Part shown: one piece after another, positions 41,024 to 54,214 of the stretch | Position numbering within the stretch: position 1 is the stretch's first letter | Layout of the letters: each line of letters starts with the position of its first letter | From: Guillardia theta CCMP2712 | Taxonomy: Eukaryota; Protista; Cryptophyta | Assembly: GCF_000315625.1 (NCBI RefSeq) | Contig: NW_005434644.1 | Span: 316,973-380,972 of the forward strand | Direction of reading: 5' to 3' | DNA length: 64,000 nt | Program-made: the position numbers and the translations under genes | The notes under the pieces: generated by a model | What the model saw: the letters and a program-made list of their open reading frames with translations, nothing else | Told to the model about the DNA's origin: nothing | Databases searched by the model: none

Positions 41024-44000
41024 ATGATGGCGGGGTACCACGTTGCTTCCCTGACTAGCTCCTGGAAGCTCGCGATCCTCTTGGTTTCTCTGCTCTGCTC
41101 GAGCTGCATCGTCCTGGCGAACCAGGAGATGGCTAAGGACGAGGAGGTGAGGAGAAGAGTCGCCTCGATAGCCTCTCTCCTCGAGCAGCGGGATTGCTCG
41201 CACTTGAAGGGCCGGCAACTCTCCGACTGCTCCTGTCGGCTCGTCATGCCTGGAGTCGAGCAGGCATGGCAGCAGGCTGACATCATCGTCGCCAAGCTGC
41301 TCGCCCAGCCGTGCGATGCAGGATCGCCCGGGCTGACCTCGCAGGAGCGAACTCTGCTCCACGCCATCGAGACGACGACGCATCACCTTGAGGCCGCACG
41401 GAAGTTTGACCAGGAGAGGAAGTATCTGGAGGGGGTCGTGGAGTTGATCCATCTGTTCAACAACGCCAAGAGAGTGACGGAAACTACTTGGGCGTTCAAC
41501 CATGAGACCTATCTGGCGATCGAACATTGCAGGCCTGTCAAGAATTCAGTCTAGTCAGCCCTGACTTCCCTACAGTCTCTGGGCCCGGGCGCTTCCTGAG
41601 TATCAGCTGGAGAGCAGCAGCGTGAAGAAGAGATATCAGACCATCTCTGAGGTGAAGAGGAATTGGTTGTGAGCCTCTTGACTCCTCTCGATCAGGACAT
41701 GTACCAAATTTGCAAATCTGCAAGAAGATTTCATGCCCGGAACCCGCACCCCAATCAGGACAGCAGCAGCAACGTCATAGGAGAGCTCGCGCACGAGGTT
41801 GTCGAGGGCTCGGGACCCTCCCTCTCTCTTGTTCCCAAGTCTTCCATCCCCTCCTCGCCCCCTTCCCTTCTCCTCCCGTCTTCCGGTCTTTCTCCCCCTT
41901 GGATTCCCCGGCTCGGTCGCTCGTTGCCCCTCCATCTCCCCTCACGTTTCCTCAGGCTCGTTCAAAGATGGTCAAGGATCTGACCACCTTTGACGCGTGG
42001 TGCGGCAACCGGACGTCCTTCTGCCCAGAGTCATGGATCCTTGGAGGGCAGGTGGGGACGGATTTCCTTCCCTTGCTAGCAAGCATGCTGAAACCTCTCC
42101 AGGTGTTCTCCCTACGGATCGCTCAGAAGTACGAGGAGGCGATGAGTCTACTGTCAAGCTATGGAATCGTGATCTTTCCCAGCAAGTCTCGCACCTCCCC
42201 CGGTCTCCCCTGCTGGCACTGTTGCGCTTGTATGACCCCATCGCCCACAGGCCTGACCGTCAACCTCTGGAAGAACGTCTGGCGGTCCATTCAGGCTATT
42301 CAGAAAGTCTACGTGAGACTCCCGGCCACCAACAGGCTGCTCAGGAGCCGATTCCTTGCCGCTGAGCTAGCGCATCTGATCGTAGAGGTCTGCTACGAGA
42401 CTGAAGGCTCCTCTTCCTCCTCCTCTCCGTCCTCCTGGCGCAGGTCCCAGGGAGTGTGAGGGGTTGGGAGGGTGACGTGGGTCAGGTGGGTCAATGGGAA
42501 CTCGCTGGATGGATGTCTCAACAACGCGCATGCGATCGATCTGGAGAGATCGCTTCTGGTGCAGGTGTGGGGAGACTTGCTAGCTGTAGGGACGCTGAGT
42601 AGCTGCTGCAGATGGAGAAGGACTGGGAGAAGAACCGTCTGTCCTCCTTTCTCTCCTCCTCCTCCTCTCTAGTGTGGGGCAAGTCTTCCGACATAGCATG
42701 GAGGACGTTGAGAGTTTTCAGCTCCGTCTCTGCTCTCTCCCGTGTCAAGCTCCTCCTCTTCTCCTCCACTCGGGCCCTCCTGGCCTCTTTCAACCGCCTC
42801 GTCCTCTCGTCTCACAAGAGCTCCTGGCTCGAGAGAGGCTTGACAGGAATTGCACTAGATCCTGCAGGAAGGAGAATGCTCCCCAATCTACTGAAGGTCC
42901 CTTCCCTCCTCCTCTTCCGCTTTCCCCTCCCTTTCTTCCTCCCTTTCCCTCCCTTCCCTTCCCCTCCTTGTCATCGTCCTCCTCCTCCTGCTCATTCCCC
43001 ACACTCTTCCATTCCTTCCCCCCTCCCCCTCCCTCTCCTCCCTCTGACAACTTCTTCGTGCCTATCTCCCATGGCAGCTGGTGATGCTCTGCCTGCTGCA
43101 GGTTTTCATCCTTGAAGGGCGTCTGGCCGATGCTCTCCTGGTCGCCCAGGTGCTGCAGGGAGAGGAAGGGTCAACCGAGCTGCTGCAGCTGCTGCAGCGT
43201 GCAAAGTCCCTGCTGCAGACGTTGGACGGCAGCCTTGCTGCTGCACGTTCTTCCTCCTCCCCTCCCCCGCCTCGTCCGGATGTTGTTGAGAAGGAGCTAG
43301 CGAAGATGAGTGTCTCGGAGAAGCTCGAAGCTGCCTGGTTGATCTCCCGTTGTTTCTCCTCCTCCCCCTCCCCCCCCCATTGTTCTCATCCCTCCCCCCG
43401 CAATCTCCCCTTCGTCGTCGTTCTCCTCCTTCACGTTCTTCCTCTACCTACACTTGTTCCGCATCATCCTTCTACGGATCATGTCATCATTTTCTGAACC
43501 TTTTCTTCTTCTTCTCTCTTCCTCTCTTCCTCCATCTAGGCCTGGATTGTCGCGCATGCTGCTGGTGGAGAAGAGCAAACTCTTCAGGTGGATAGGGGAC
43601 AAGTCACAGTGCGTAGCCTCCTCGCAAGCTGCCGTCCTGCTGGGCGCTACCACCTCTTCCTTGGAGGTTTGGCCGAAAACATTCTCCTCCCCCTCCCCCT
43701 CCTCCTGACGCAAAGTGAAGGCGATGGGCGACTGTCTGAGGATGAGGGAGGGGGGAGGAGAAGCCTCTCTGCTGGCTGCGATCCTCTCCTACGTGGTGCA
43801 TGCGATGAAGGGAAAGAAGGAGGAGATAGAAACCAACAGCATGCTCTGGTACTTGAGAGCCCTCGGGATGAGCGTCAAGGTGAAAACGCGATATCTCCCC
43901 CGTCCCCCTCCTCTCTGTCCGCCTCCTGCTCCTGCTCCTGCTCCTCCTTCAACGCCATCGTCTCATCATCTCCTCTCCTCTTCGTATGTCCGTCCTGTGG

Positions 44001-44960
44001 TGCTCTTGCTTCTGCTCCCGCGCTGCTTCCTTGTGACTCCATCACTTACTAATCGCGGGTAGACTCGCGGGTTGTCAGGGGTCGGTCAAGTGGCCTCGGT
44101 CATTATTGTCAAGGTACGAGCTTATCCTTCCATCCTCCATCTGCACACCGCCTCCTCCTCCTCCTGCTCCTGCTTCTCCTCCTGCTCCTCCTCCTCAAAA
44201 GGACCAACGGCAGTAGCTGTCCTCTCGCTCCCCCTCCTCATAGTTGCTCACATCCTCCCTCCCTCCCTCCCTCTGACTTGCATCAAAGATTTCTGCCCCG
44301 ATAGTCCGTGAGCTCATTGACCTCGTCAAGAGGAGCTTGTGGGTATTGGGGAAGCAGACTGTGCAAGTGTTCCGTCAGGTCTGAATGCCCTGCTGCTGCT
44401 GCTGCTGCTGCTGCTTCTCCTCCTCCTGAACCTCTTTCTCCACCTGCTCCCCCTCCTTCTCCTCCTCCTCCTGGTCTCTCCTCTCCTCCCGTCCCTCACT
44501 TCCTTGGCAGACTTGCTCCTTCGTGCAGGATCTGAGCTCCTGGATACGTCGAGGTAAACCAAGCTGGACTTTCCCCTTCCTCTTACCTGCTCTCCTTTGC
44601 TCCTTGTTTACCTCCTCCTCTTCCTCCGGGTGCCGGAAGCGATGTCCCTTCCCCCAGTCCTACTTGTGACCTATCCCTGGCCTCCTCCTCGCTCTCTGTC
44701 GCTCCCTCACCTCATGCGCCTTGCTCGTCTCCTCTCGCTGCCCCTCACATGCTCGCAGGAGAGCTTCGCCGTCTGCTTGTCCGTCAGGGGGAGAAACTGA
44801 TGAGCCTCGGAGAGATGGCGAGCTTGCAATGGATGAGGGTGAGGAGGAGGAACGGAGGAAAGGGCGGCAAGTGGCGAGGAGGAAAGCATTGTGTTGACGA
44901 AAGGAGGAAGGGGAGAAGAAAGGGGAGGAGGAGGAGGAGGAGGAGGAGGAGGAGGAGGAG

Positions 44961-44991
<31 letters not shown>

Positions 44992-46065
44992 GCTGTCGGA
45001 TCATTCGGAGCATTGACTTTTGTTTCCTTCACACTGGCAAGGGCCGCGGCTCGTGAGGCGTGGGGGGGAGCAAGCTCGTTGCTCGTCACCGTCTGCTCAC
45101 GCGTGCGAGGAGGATGGGAGGGGCTGGTGAAGCTATCGAAAAAGCTCTCCTTCCCCGCTCGAGTTGAAAAACTTTCGCCTCCTCCTCCTTCGTCACGACA
45201 AAATGGGGCGGCTAGTGCTGTCGAGGATCTTGGAGGACTTGGGGTCGCTTGCCGACGAGTGGAAGTATATCAGCGACGGGCTGCTGTCCTCCCTCCGTCG
45301 CGCATGGAGCTGGTTGAACGCGGCAGAGGCAGGCGGGGGGGGGGGGAGGGAGCGACAGTGGGCATGGAAGGAGACGATGAAGAGATGGAGGGAGCAGGGG
45401 AGATGCGCGCGACCGATGAAGGTGAGCGAGGAGGAGGATGCAAGAGGAGGGGGAAGGAGGAGGGAGCAGAGAAGGAGGAGGAAGCAGCAAGGAGGAGGAG
45501 AGGGAGGAGAGGGGGGAGAGGGAGGAGAGGGGGAGAGGAGAGGTGGTCCAGAGGAGAGGAGCGGGGAGGTGACTTGCTGCTCAGGCTGCGGGGGATAACG
45601 ACATTATCCACTTGTTTGGAGAGAAGTCAGTAATGGGATTCTACCGCTGTAGCAAGACGAGTATCCGGAAAGCTTACCACAAGTGAGAGGAGGAGGAGGA
45701 GGAGGAGGAGGAGGAGGAGGAGGAGGAGGAGGAGGAGGAGAGTTGGGTGGGCGATCCAGAAGAAGGAATATAGAGTTGATGCCATTGGGGAGGAGAGAAG
45801 GAAACCTTTTGACATGGATAGTTGAACTGATCTGAGATCTTGGTTGCAGATTTTCCCTCCTCTATCATCCGGACAAGGCGAAGAAGAATGGTTTCACGAG
45901 GAAGGTGAGGGAGGAAGAGGAGGAGGAGGAGGAGGAGGAGGAGGAGGAGGAGGACAACGGTCAGAGGTGGTTGGGATGAGGATGCTGACCGACTTGCTTC
46001 AGTGCGCCGAAGATAATTTTCTCGACATGCAGAAAGCGTATGAGAGAGCAAAACAGCTCTGTTGA
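41024..46065 (+). CDS. Hypothetical large multi-exon helical protein
   Basis: Consistent + strand exon-like segments (NLWKNVWRSIQAIQK; MLLVEKSKLFRWIGDK; LVLSRILEDLGSLADEWKYIS) between pyrimidine-rich introns. Function not recognised; bounds approximate. Confidence 0.45.
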
Positions 46066-46552
46066 CATGCACGTTGCATCTTAATGTCTCTTCCAGTTAG
46101 ATCGCTCTAGTGTCGATCATGCCATTCTTGTCTCATCTCTTGTAAATTATTCTTTTTTCGTTCTGAGTGAACTTGTGAACAATTCGATCTGACTCCTCCT
46201 CCTCCTCCTCCTCCTCCTCCTCCTCCACCTCCTCCTCTCTCATCCCCGCCATAGGGGTTAACTCTTCTCTTCAGGGGTAGAGGGGGACGGAAAGAACTCG
46301 TCCTCACCGACTCGTGTCTAGGAGACGATGTGACTGGAAATAGCGTCAGCTGGTTCACGTCATGTGCATGTGCAGCAGATATCGGCCTCCTATCTCGCTA
46401 CGATCCGTTCTAGGAAGAGCCACCGGGAGGTACCTTGTGTGAATCAGATAATACAACACCCAATGGAACAGCTTGTGTATAAGGCTCCTCTCCTTCTCAC
46501 CCCCGCACTTCCTCCTGCCCTCCTGCTTGCAAGCTCTGTCTCTCCTGAATCT

Positions 46553-46652
46553 NNNNNNNNNNNNNNNNNNNNNNNNNNNNNNNNNNNNNNNNNNNNNNNN
46601 NNNNNNNNNNNNNNNNNNNNNNNNNNNNNNNNNNNNNNNNNNNNNNNNNNNN
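46553..46652. other. Assembly gap (100 N)
   Basis: Run of N. Confidence 1.
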
Positions 46653-46779
46653 TGTGTATCCTTCCCAAGACCATTAGAAAGAGCATGAAGATGGAACAAG
46701 GAAATTCCGAGGAAGCAGGAGGGGCGGCGGAGGGGGAGGAGGAGGAGGAGGAGGAGGAGGAGGAGAACAGCGGGAGGCA

Positions 46780-47018
46780 GCGGAGCGCATGAGGACAGGG
46801 GGCAAGGAAAGGAGAAGTCAAGTGATGGTTTCACGTCACCTTGAGATGGTCACGCAATTTCTGTCAACGTTCAGTTTCTCTCCTTCCGGCCGCTGAATCT
46901 TGATAACAACCTTGAGATTTGACTTAGTGTGTACCTCCTCCTCCCTCCCTCCTCTTCGTGCACTTGCCCTTGCTCTAGATCTTCCCATTCTCTGCCGTCC
47001 TGCTCCTGCTCTTGCTCT

Positions 47019-47079
<61 letters not shown>

Positions 47080-50000
47080 CAACCTCTTTCCCTCGGTCCC
47101 TCAGTCCCTCGCTCCCTCTCCTGCTCGCCCTCCTCTTCTCCCACGAGCTTCTCACCTTGCTACCTCGCGGGCCCATCATCTTCTCCTTCACCTCCGCAAG
47201 GGACAGCTCAGCCGTCCTCTCCCCGTCCACTGCGAGCACGAGATCCCCCACGTGGATGGCTCCTGCTCCGAGAGAGTCAGGGGAGCTCATGGGTAGTTGG
47301 AGGGTAAGGGAGGAGAGGAGGGGAGGGGAGAGGATGCGATGAAGAAGAGGGTAAGGGCACAACACGGAGGAAGGGAGAGTAGAAAATCAGGAGGAGGAGG
47401 AGGAGGAGGAGAACGATAATGATGAAAAGATATAGGCGGAAACAATTCAGGAAGAGAAACAGCAAGAGCTGCAGAAAACGGAGATGGTAATGGTTGAGAG
47501 AAGACGAGGAGGAGGAAGGAATAGTGGAGGTACAGGGAGGAGGAGGAAGCCCAGAGGAACTGGGAAGAGAGAAGGTCTTGCCTGACAGAGTAGAGGACAT
47601 TCCAGTGACAAGCTCTGTGACCTGGGAGGCGAGGAGATGAGAGGAGTAGAGGAGAGGAACGAAGGACAGCAGGCTAGGAGGAGGGCGCGAGACGAACGAG
47701 AGGGAGAGGGAGGCAGCCAAGGGAGGATGCAGATGTTTGTGACGCTGGGCAAGTACGAGAAGCAGGAAGAGCGAGGAGCAGAAGTAGGTTTGGAGATGGA
47801 AGGGAAGAGCTTAGAGGAAAGAACTTTCGGAGCTCGAGGAAAAAAGAGCAAGAACAAGGAGAAGGAGGAGGAGGAGGAGGAGGAGGAGGAGGAGGAGGAG
47901 GAGGAGGAGGAGGAGGAGGAGAGACACGAAATTACTCTGATCTGCCGGAGGAGGGTCCCTTGGTCGTCCACTGGGATAGTGACTTCATCGAGTCTCATCC
48001 CGACTCCGCAAGGATTCGGAAGTTTCATGAGCCTGAGGAGAGGAAGTGCGAGAGACGAAGGGGAGAGAGGAAGTGGAGGCAGGAGAGAACAGGGGGAGGG
48101 AAAGAAGAGGAAGGGGAGAGGATTGCAAACAAGGAAGGATTGAAGGGGGAAGAGAAAGGGAAAGGGGGAGAAAAATGGCATGAGGAGGAGCAGGAGGAGG
48201 CGGGGGGGGGAGGGGGCAGGGAAGGGAAAGGGGAGGGGGATGTGTCAAGATCAATCGTGCGAGAGAGCGAGAGAGAGGAAGAAATGCAGAGCAAAGAGGT
48301 GAAGAGGAGAATAATCAAATAGTGAGCCAGAGCAAGAGAGGGAGCAAATGTGAATCGAGAAGGAGGGAGGGAAGAGGGAGATGACGGGGAGGAGGTCCAC
48401 CTCTCAAGCTCCTTGAGCAATTCATCTCTCTCGCATGTCAACGCCCAGACCTGCAGCCTGCTGTCAGTCTCCTCCCCATCGTCCTTCTCATTGTCCTCTT
48501 CATCATGATCATCATCATAATCCTCATCATCCTCATCATCATCATCCTCATCATCATCATCACCATCATCACCATCACCATCATCACCATCACCATCACC
48601 ATCCTCCTCCTCCTCCTCATCATCATCATCATCATCATCATCACCTCTTGCTCGTGTTGGATGATCATCTCTCCTATCTTGGCAGCCAGCGAGCTCTCCA
48701 TGAGGTTGTGCTTGTCCAAGAGCGCCTGCCCGTCCTCGTCATACACGAGCTCAACCGATTTTCTCAGTTCCTTGTTCCCTTCGACCAGCTCCTCGACCTT
48801 GCTGCGAAGTTGCTCCGAGGTGCTCTGCCAACGGAAGAGGTTGAAGGGAGGACGGAGGAGGAAGGAGGAAGGAGGAAGGAGGAAGGAGGAAGGAGAAAGG
48901 AGGAAGGAGAGAATGAAGAGAATAGAGAGAATGGAGAGCTGTGCAGAGGAGGATGAAGATATCAAGGGGCAGGGAATCAATCACCTGCGACTGACTCAAT
49001 CGCGACTTGAGATCCTGAAGGTGGAGCTGTTAACAAGAGGAGCAAAACGAGAAGCAGGGGCAGGGGCAGGGGCAGGGGCAGGGGCAGGAGGAGCTCGCGT
49101 GCTCAACCTTGTTGTCTGCTTTCAGCTCGTTGACGAGACTTCGGCTCTTGACCAGCTCCGCCGACGTCTGTCGGGGAAAGACGTCAGACGCCCAGCAGCT
49201 TCCCAGCTGGAGTCCGGGAGGGAGGGAGCCGTGACCTGAGTCTTGTCGTCGTTTGCTCTCTGCAGCACCTGCGAAGGGCATGAGGAGGACGGGGGCAGAG
49301 GAGGCAGCGACCTGGTTGATCGACTTCACCTCCTGCAACTGCGCCTGACATTCGTCCAGCGCGATCTGAAGGCGGGGAAGAGGAGAGCGTTAGAGATGAA
49401 ACAGAAAGGAGGGAGAGAGGGAATGAGGCAGAGGAGGAAGGGAAGAGAGGAAGGGAAGAGAGGAAGGGTAGGAGAGGAGGGAAGGAGAGGAGGGAGGGAT
49501 GGTGAGAAGAATGCAGGAGCATTCAAAGTCTCCTGCTCACAACATCTCAAGACATACCGCCGTTCTCTTCGCTTCCGCCTCAATCCTGCTCCTCCTCTCC
49601 TCCTCTTTGCCTGGCCCACTGACATTCAGAACCTCCACAACCGACCTCGACTCCTCCCACCGAGCTTGTCCCCTCTGATCTCGAGCTGCGTCTTCACCTC
49701 CTTCAACTCCTCCTTCAAGGCTCTCTCCCTTGCCAGACTCTCCCGCACGCGCGTCAGGGCCTGCAGAGTCTCACCCGAGCGATCACCAGCGCATGCGCCA
49801 CCTGCTCCAGCACTCTCTTGGACACGGCGACCTCCTCCTCCAGCCTTCGCTTCTCCGCTGCATGCCAAGCAACTCAGCTGATACCTCAGTCCTCGGTTTC
49901 TACCTCCCTCACCTCCCTCTCTATCTCTGTCCTCCTCTTCGCGCCCCTTCTCTTCCTTTCCCTCCCCCCCCCTTCCCTCCACTCACCTCTCAGATCGGTT

Positions 50001-51900
50001 TCCAGCCTCTGGTTGTCCACCAGGAGCAGCTGCAGGTCGTTCAGCTGCTTTTGCAGCTGCTCCTTCTGTTTCACCGTCTCATTCCCTCCGTCCCTCCGTC
50101 CCTACAGTCTCCTCCCCACCTGTTTGCACTCCGCTGCTTGCGATCGCTCGGCAGACAAAAGTTTCGACTTGAGGTTCGCTTGCTCTTGGTTGTGCTGAAC
50201 GAGTTTGGTCGACATCTCCGAATTTTTCTTCTCCAGCTCGATCATTCCCTGCTGCAGCTCGGCAGCTTTCTTCTCGCAAACTGCATACAGGAATGAGCTT
50301 TACACGCTTATCTATCAGTTGTCCCCCTGTTGTCCCTTCCTCTCCCTGCGCCGTCTCCCCTCCATTCTTCTTTTATTCCTTCCCCCCTCCCTCCTCCCCC
50401 CCCCTTTTTCTCCCCCTTCTTCCCTCCCTTCAGTTGAGGTTTTCCTTTCCTACCTTGCAGCCTCTGCTTGAGCTCCACATTCTCCTTCATATCCGGCGTG
50501 GGCCTGCGAAATGCTCAACATCGAGCAAGCCACCATCGCCCACCTCACTGGCCGTTCCTGCGCACATGGAGGATCTCCTGCTGCAGCTCCTGGATCTTCA
50601 CATCCTTTTCTTTCACTTCACAACATGTCAGGAGCCCCCGCCCCCCCTAGCGTCAGGCAGCGACCTCTGTCTATCTCCGCCAACAGGCTCTCCTGGTTCT
50701 GTCTCTCTCTCTTCTCCGCCAGCTCTCTCAGCTTCACCTGCGGCCCTTGTCCCTCAGACACGCAGCAGACGGACGGCCGCCTCCACCTCCTGCTCGCATC
50801 TGCGCTTGCACTCCAGCAACTCATTCTTCAAAACCTCGTGCTCACTTTGCGATCGGCTGAACCTGAAAGCACCAGAGTCAGGGCGAGCGGCAAGGAACAG
50901 CTGGTCTACTTCTCTCTCTCATCTCTGAAGGACGCTTCCAGAGCTTTCAGCTTGCCCTCCGTGAGGCTCCGGCTTGTCTCCTCGATGCTCAAAGATGTTC
51001 TGCTGCTCTCGTGACCCTCTCGCTCCTTCTTGAGACGATTTCGCTCCTGCTCGAGCTCCTGCTCCTTTTCCTTGAGCTTTGACTCCAAGATGATGAGGCG
51101 GCTCTCGTGGCTCAAGCTCTCAGCCTCCATCTTCTTGCTCAGCGTCTCCATCTCCTTCTTCAGACGGTCCACGTCGGCATGCGACTCCCAGTACCTGCTG
51201 GGGGTCAGCTCAGCTCAGCTCTTCTTCCACTCCCTACAGCGCCGATCCTCGCACGAGCTTCACCCCGACGATCTGACCATCAGGCTTGCGGATCTTGCAG
51301 GTCACGTCCGACCCTGCTAGCCCCCTGCCAGACGGGTCAGCTTCCTTGAGGCGACGAGACTCTCAGGTACCGCAGCGCGGCGCTGACGACGGGAACACCG
51401 ATATGGCTACAGGCCATGCCCTCTACTTCAAGGATCCTGTCCCCTTCCTGGATCTTCCCACTCTCCCAAGCTCCCTGTCAGGCAGGGTGATTCACTCGCA
51501 GGACATAATCGAGCTGTACTTGTCCAGGGAGCACACGGGCGACCGCTGGGCCGCCGCCGTCATTGGAGTCAAGAAGTACCAGGCCTACGTCATGGTAGGC
51601 TTTTCCTCGCGCGCCGAAATGCTCTCTCAGCTCAGTTGGGTCAGACATGTCGGAAAGACTGATGGTGGACAGCTGGGAAAGTCTAAGTACACAAGTCACA
51701 TTCCGCCACTTACTTTCATCTTTTCTCCCCTCTACATCTGTTGCGCCTAAACCTGCTGCGTCTGGCCCTGCCGTGTATACTTAGCTCAGCCTTCTGCCTA
51801 CAGTGGTCTGATACTGTTGACCTCGGAGCTGTCCAAGTCACAAGTTCTGCCTTGTCTTTCCGTATCCCACCTCCCCTTCATCGCCACACTTCCTCTCCCC
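46780..51900 (-). CDS. PDZ - long coiled coil - PDZ protein (multi-exon)
   Basis: N-terminal DVGLVLLDSNDGGGPAVARVLPG..AWESGKIQEGDRILEVEG; central heptad-rich exons (LKKEMETLSKKMEAE); C-terminal CGVGMRL..GAIHVGDLVLAVDGERTAELSLAEVKEKMMGPRGSKV. Ends approximate. Confidence 0.7.
48501..48641. repeat. (CAT)n/(CAC)n microsatellite, intronic
   Basis: Direct reading. Confidence 0.93.
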
Positions 51901-53308
51901 TACGGCATTCTCCCTCCTTCTGTCTCTCGGCCTGCAAGAAACGTACCTCTCGGTGACTCTATTAAAAAAAAATTATTTTGACTTTTTTTCCGTGAAACTT
52001 CATTTTTGTTGGCTACGAACCGCCGCCGGGCGGGCCCGGCGGCCCGGGGGAGGGCCCGCCGCCGGGCGCCCAGGCAACCGTTGAACCGCAACGACGGCGC
52101 GCAGTTAACTAGTAAGTGAAGGTATCAGTCCGGGGGGCAGGATGAGGGGCGGTCACAAGCCTTGAAGTTCTCGCTGTCTAAGTTTCTCTTCTGAGTCTCG
52201 CCGTTTGGCCTGTGCGACAGTGTAATGAAAAGACCTTCCTGTCAGGGTTAAGCCTCCGAGGCTCTCCCTTTTGTCCTCGTACTGATTTTGAACTTAACTT
52301 TGAGTAAACTGTCGTAGTATGACTACTGAGCCCCGGGGCTCAGCCTGACGGTCGGGCCGGGTCTGGCCGCCACTGATTATCATTTTAGGCTACCCGGGGA
52401 CGGCGTCCGACGGTTTCGGCCGCGAACGGAAGTTCGCGAGGCCGTTACTAGTACTGAATGGCTTCCGTGGAAATGATCGCCTCCAAACCTCCGGAGGCTG
52501 CTGGCCAGTCACTACGGCGGTAGGCTAGTTCTGCCATCCTCAAGTCCGACGGAATTGATGAGTCGCTTCTATAAAAAATTCACGGACTGTGACGCTGCCG
52601 AGGTTGCAATGAAGAGCATAGTATCAACTCATTCCCGGTTACTGTAAGGCAAGCCAATGACAGTAAAACTGATTCACAGCTGAAATCTAGCATACAAAGG
52701 TTGATCATCATCAATTTTTCAAAATTTCAGCCAAGGCCGATGCTGACAAAATGAGAAAAGTTTTTTTTCGGAGAGCCAAACTGTACATTCAGCACTTGAG
52801 ATCAGGGAAGATTTTTCATTCAAAAACAACCAGCTTTCTCCTCCAATAATGAATAATACTACCCTCTCCCGTCAAGAACTATTCTAAATGGGTTCCAGAA
52901 ATTCGAAACTGACTATCGCAAGAACGAGTTCAACACAAATCAAGTCTGAGTGTCACCTTACTACAGTCAGGTCGAAGGGTCTTTCGAGACCAATTTCAAA
53001 GCACGTTTCGAATTCTCACAGGGCACACGCATGCAAAGTAAAACGTGAAAGGCCCATCGCATGTTATCTAGGCAGCACTCAAGTTTTCCTGATCTGATGG
53101 TCAATTACAACATTTGGGGGGAGAATGAGGTCAGTGCTAGCTCGAGTGTGACTCCTCGTCCAGACCCATCGCTCAGAGTCATTCCTGCAGGTCAAAATGT
53201 GAACCTCTCCCTAACAAACTTGATCTGGCAGCAAAACATTCATCGCGTTCTTGTTATCTTGGCATTCGACGCAGTGCTCACGATCTTCCTTGCAGGTATT
53301 CTGCCACT

Positions 53309-53424
<116 letters not shown>

Positions 53425-53816
53425 ACCTTCCCTTTCCAATCCTTTACAGTTGGCATTTCCCGATGACGACACTCCCGCCATTTTTTAAAAATTATGCACA
53501 CCCTACCATCCCAATTACTGAATTCACCCCTTCTTTTCTCCTGTGAAGGTACCCCTCCACTGCCCCTGCACTCTTCACCGCCACCCTCTCTGCCATAACC
53601 CTACCCCAATATCCATTACTACCCCACCATTTAACTCAAATTTCATTGTTGAACTCACACCGGTTATAATTAAAAGAAATTACCCTCCATTTCCTATCAA
53701 GCATGGGCTCGACAAAGAACCCCTGCTTATGCCACCCCATCATTTGTGCTACCCACCCCCTCGTTGACTCCTTCTCCTCCCGCCTTTCCATGCCCCTCAA
53801 TATTCACGAGCGCGGC

Positions 53817-53861
<45 letters not shown>

Positions 53862-54214
53862 GTCGATGTGCCATGTCATCTCCTTCTGTCCTCCTTATGA
53901 TACCCCATGAAGCTCATCGCCTCTTTTCCTTTGCTCTTTCCTTTGCTTGCCCTCCTCTATAACCCCTTCTCCCTTCGGTGTGAAGCGAGTTTTGACAAGA
54001 TTCATGCTTGCCTTCACGGTCCTTCAGAGTGCACTTCCGCTTGCATAATCTCTTGATATAGATAAACATAATGAGTATCAAGTCAGGAAGAGGTGAAGAT
54101 TTCTTAGGCAACTTTGAGGGTTATTTTCACTTTCAACCGGTGGCATTCTTAACATGAACGGGGAGGCTGCAGTGGTATGACCATTGTTCTGAATCTTCCT
54201 GGCAGTGATTAGCA

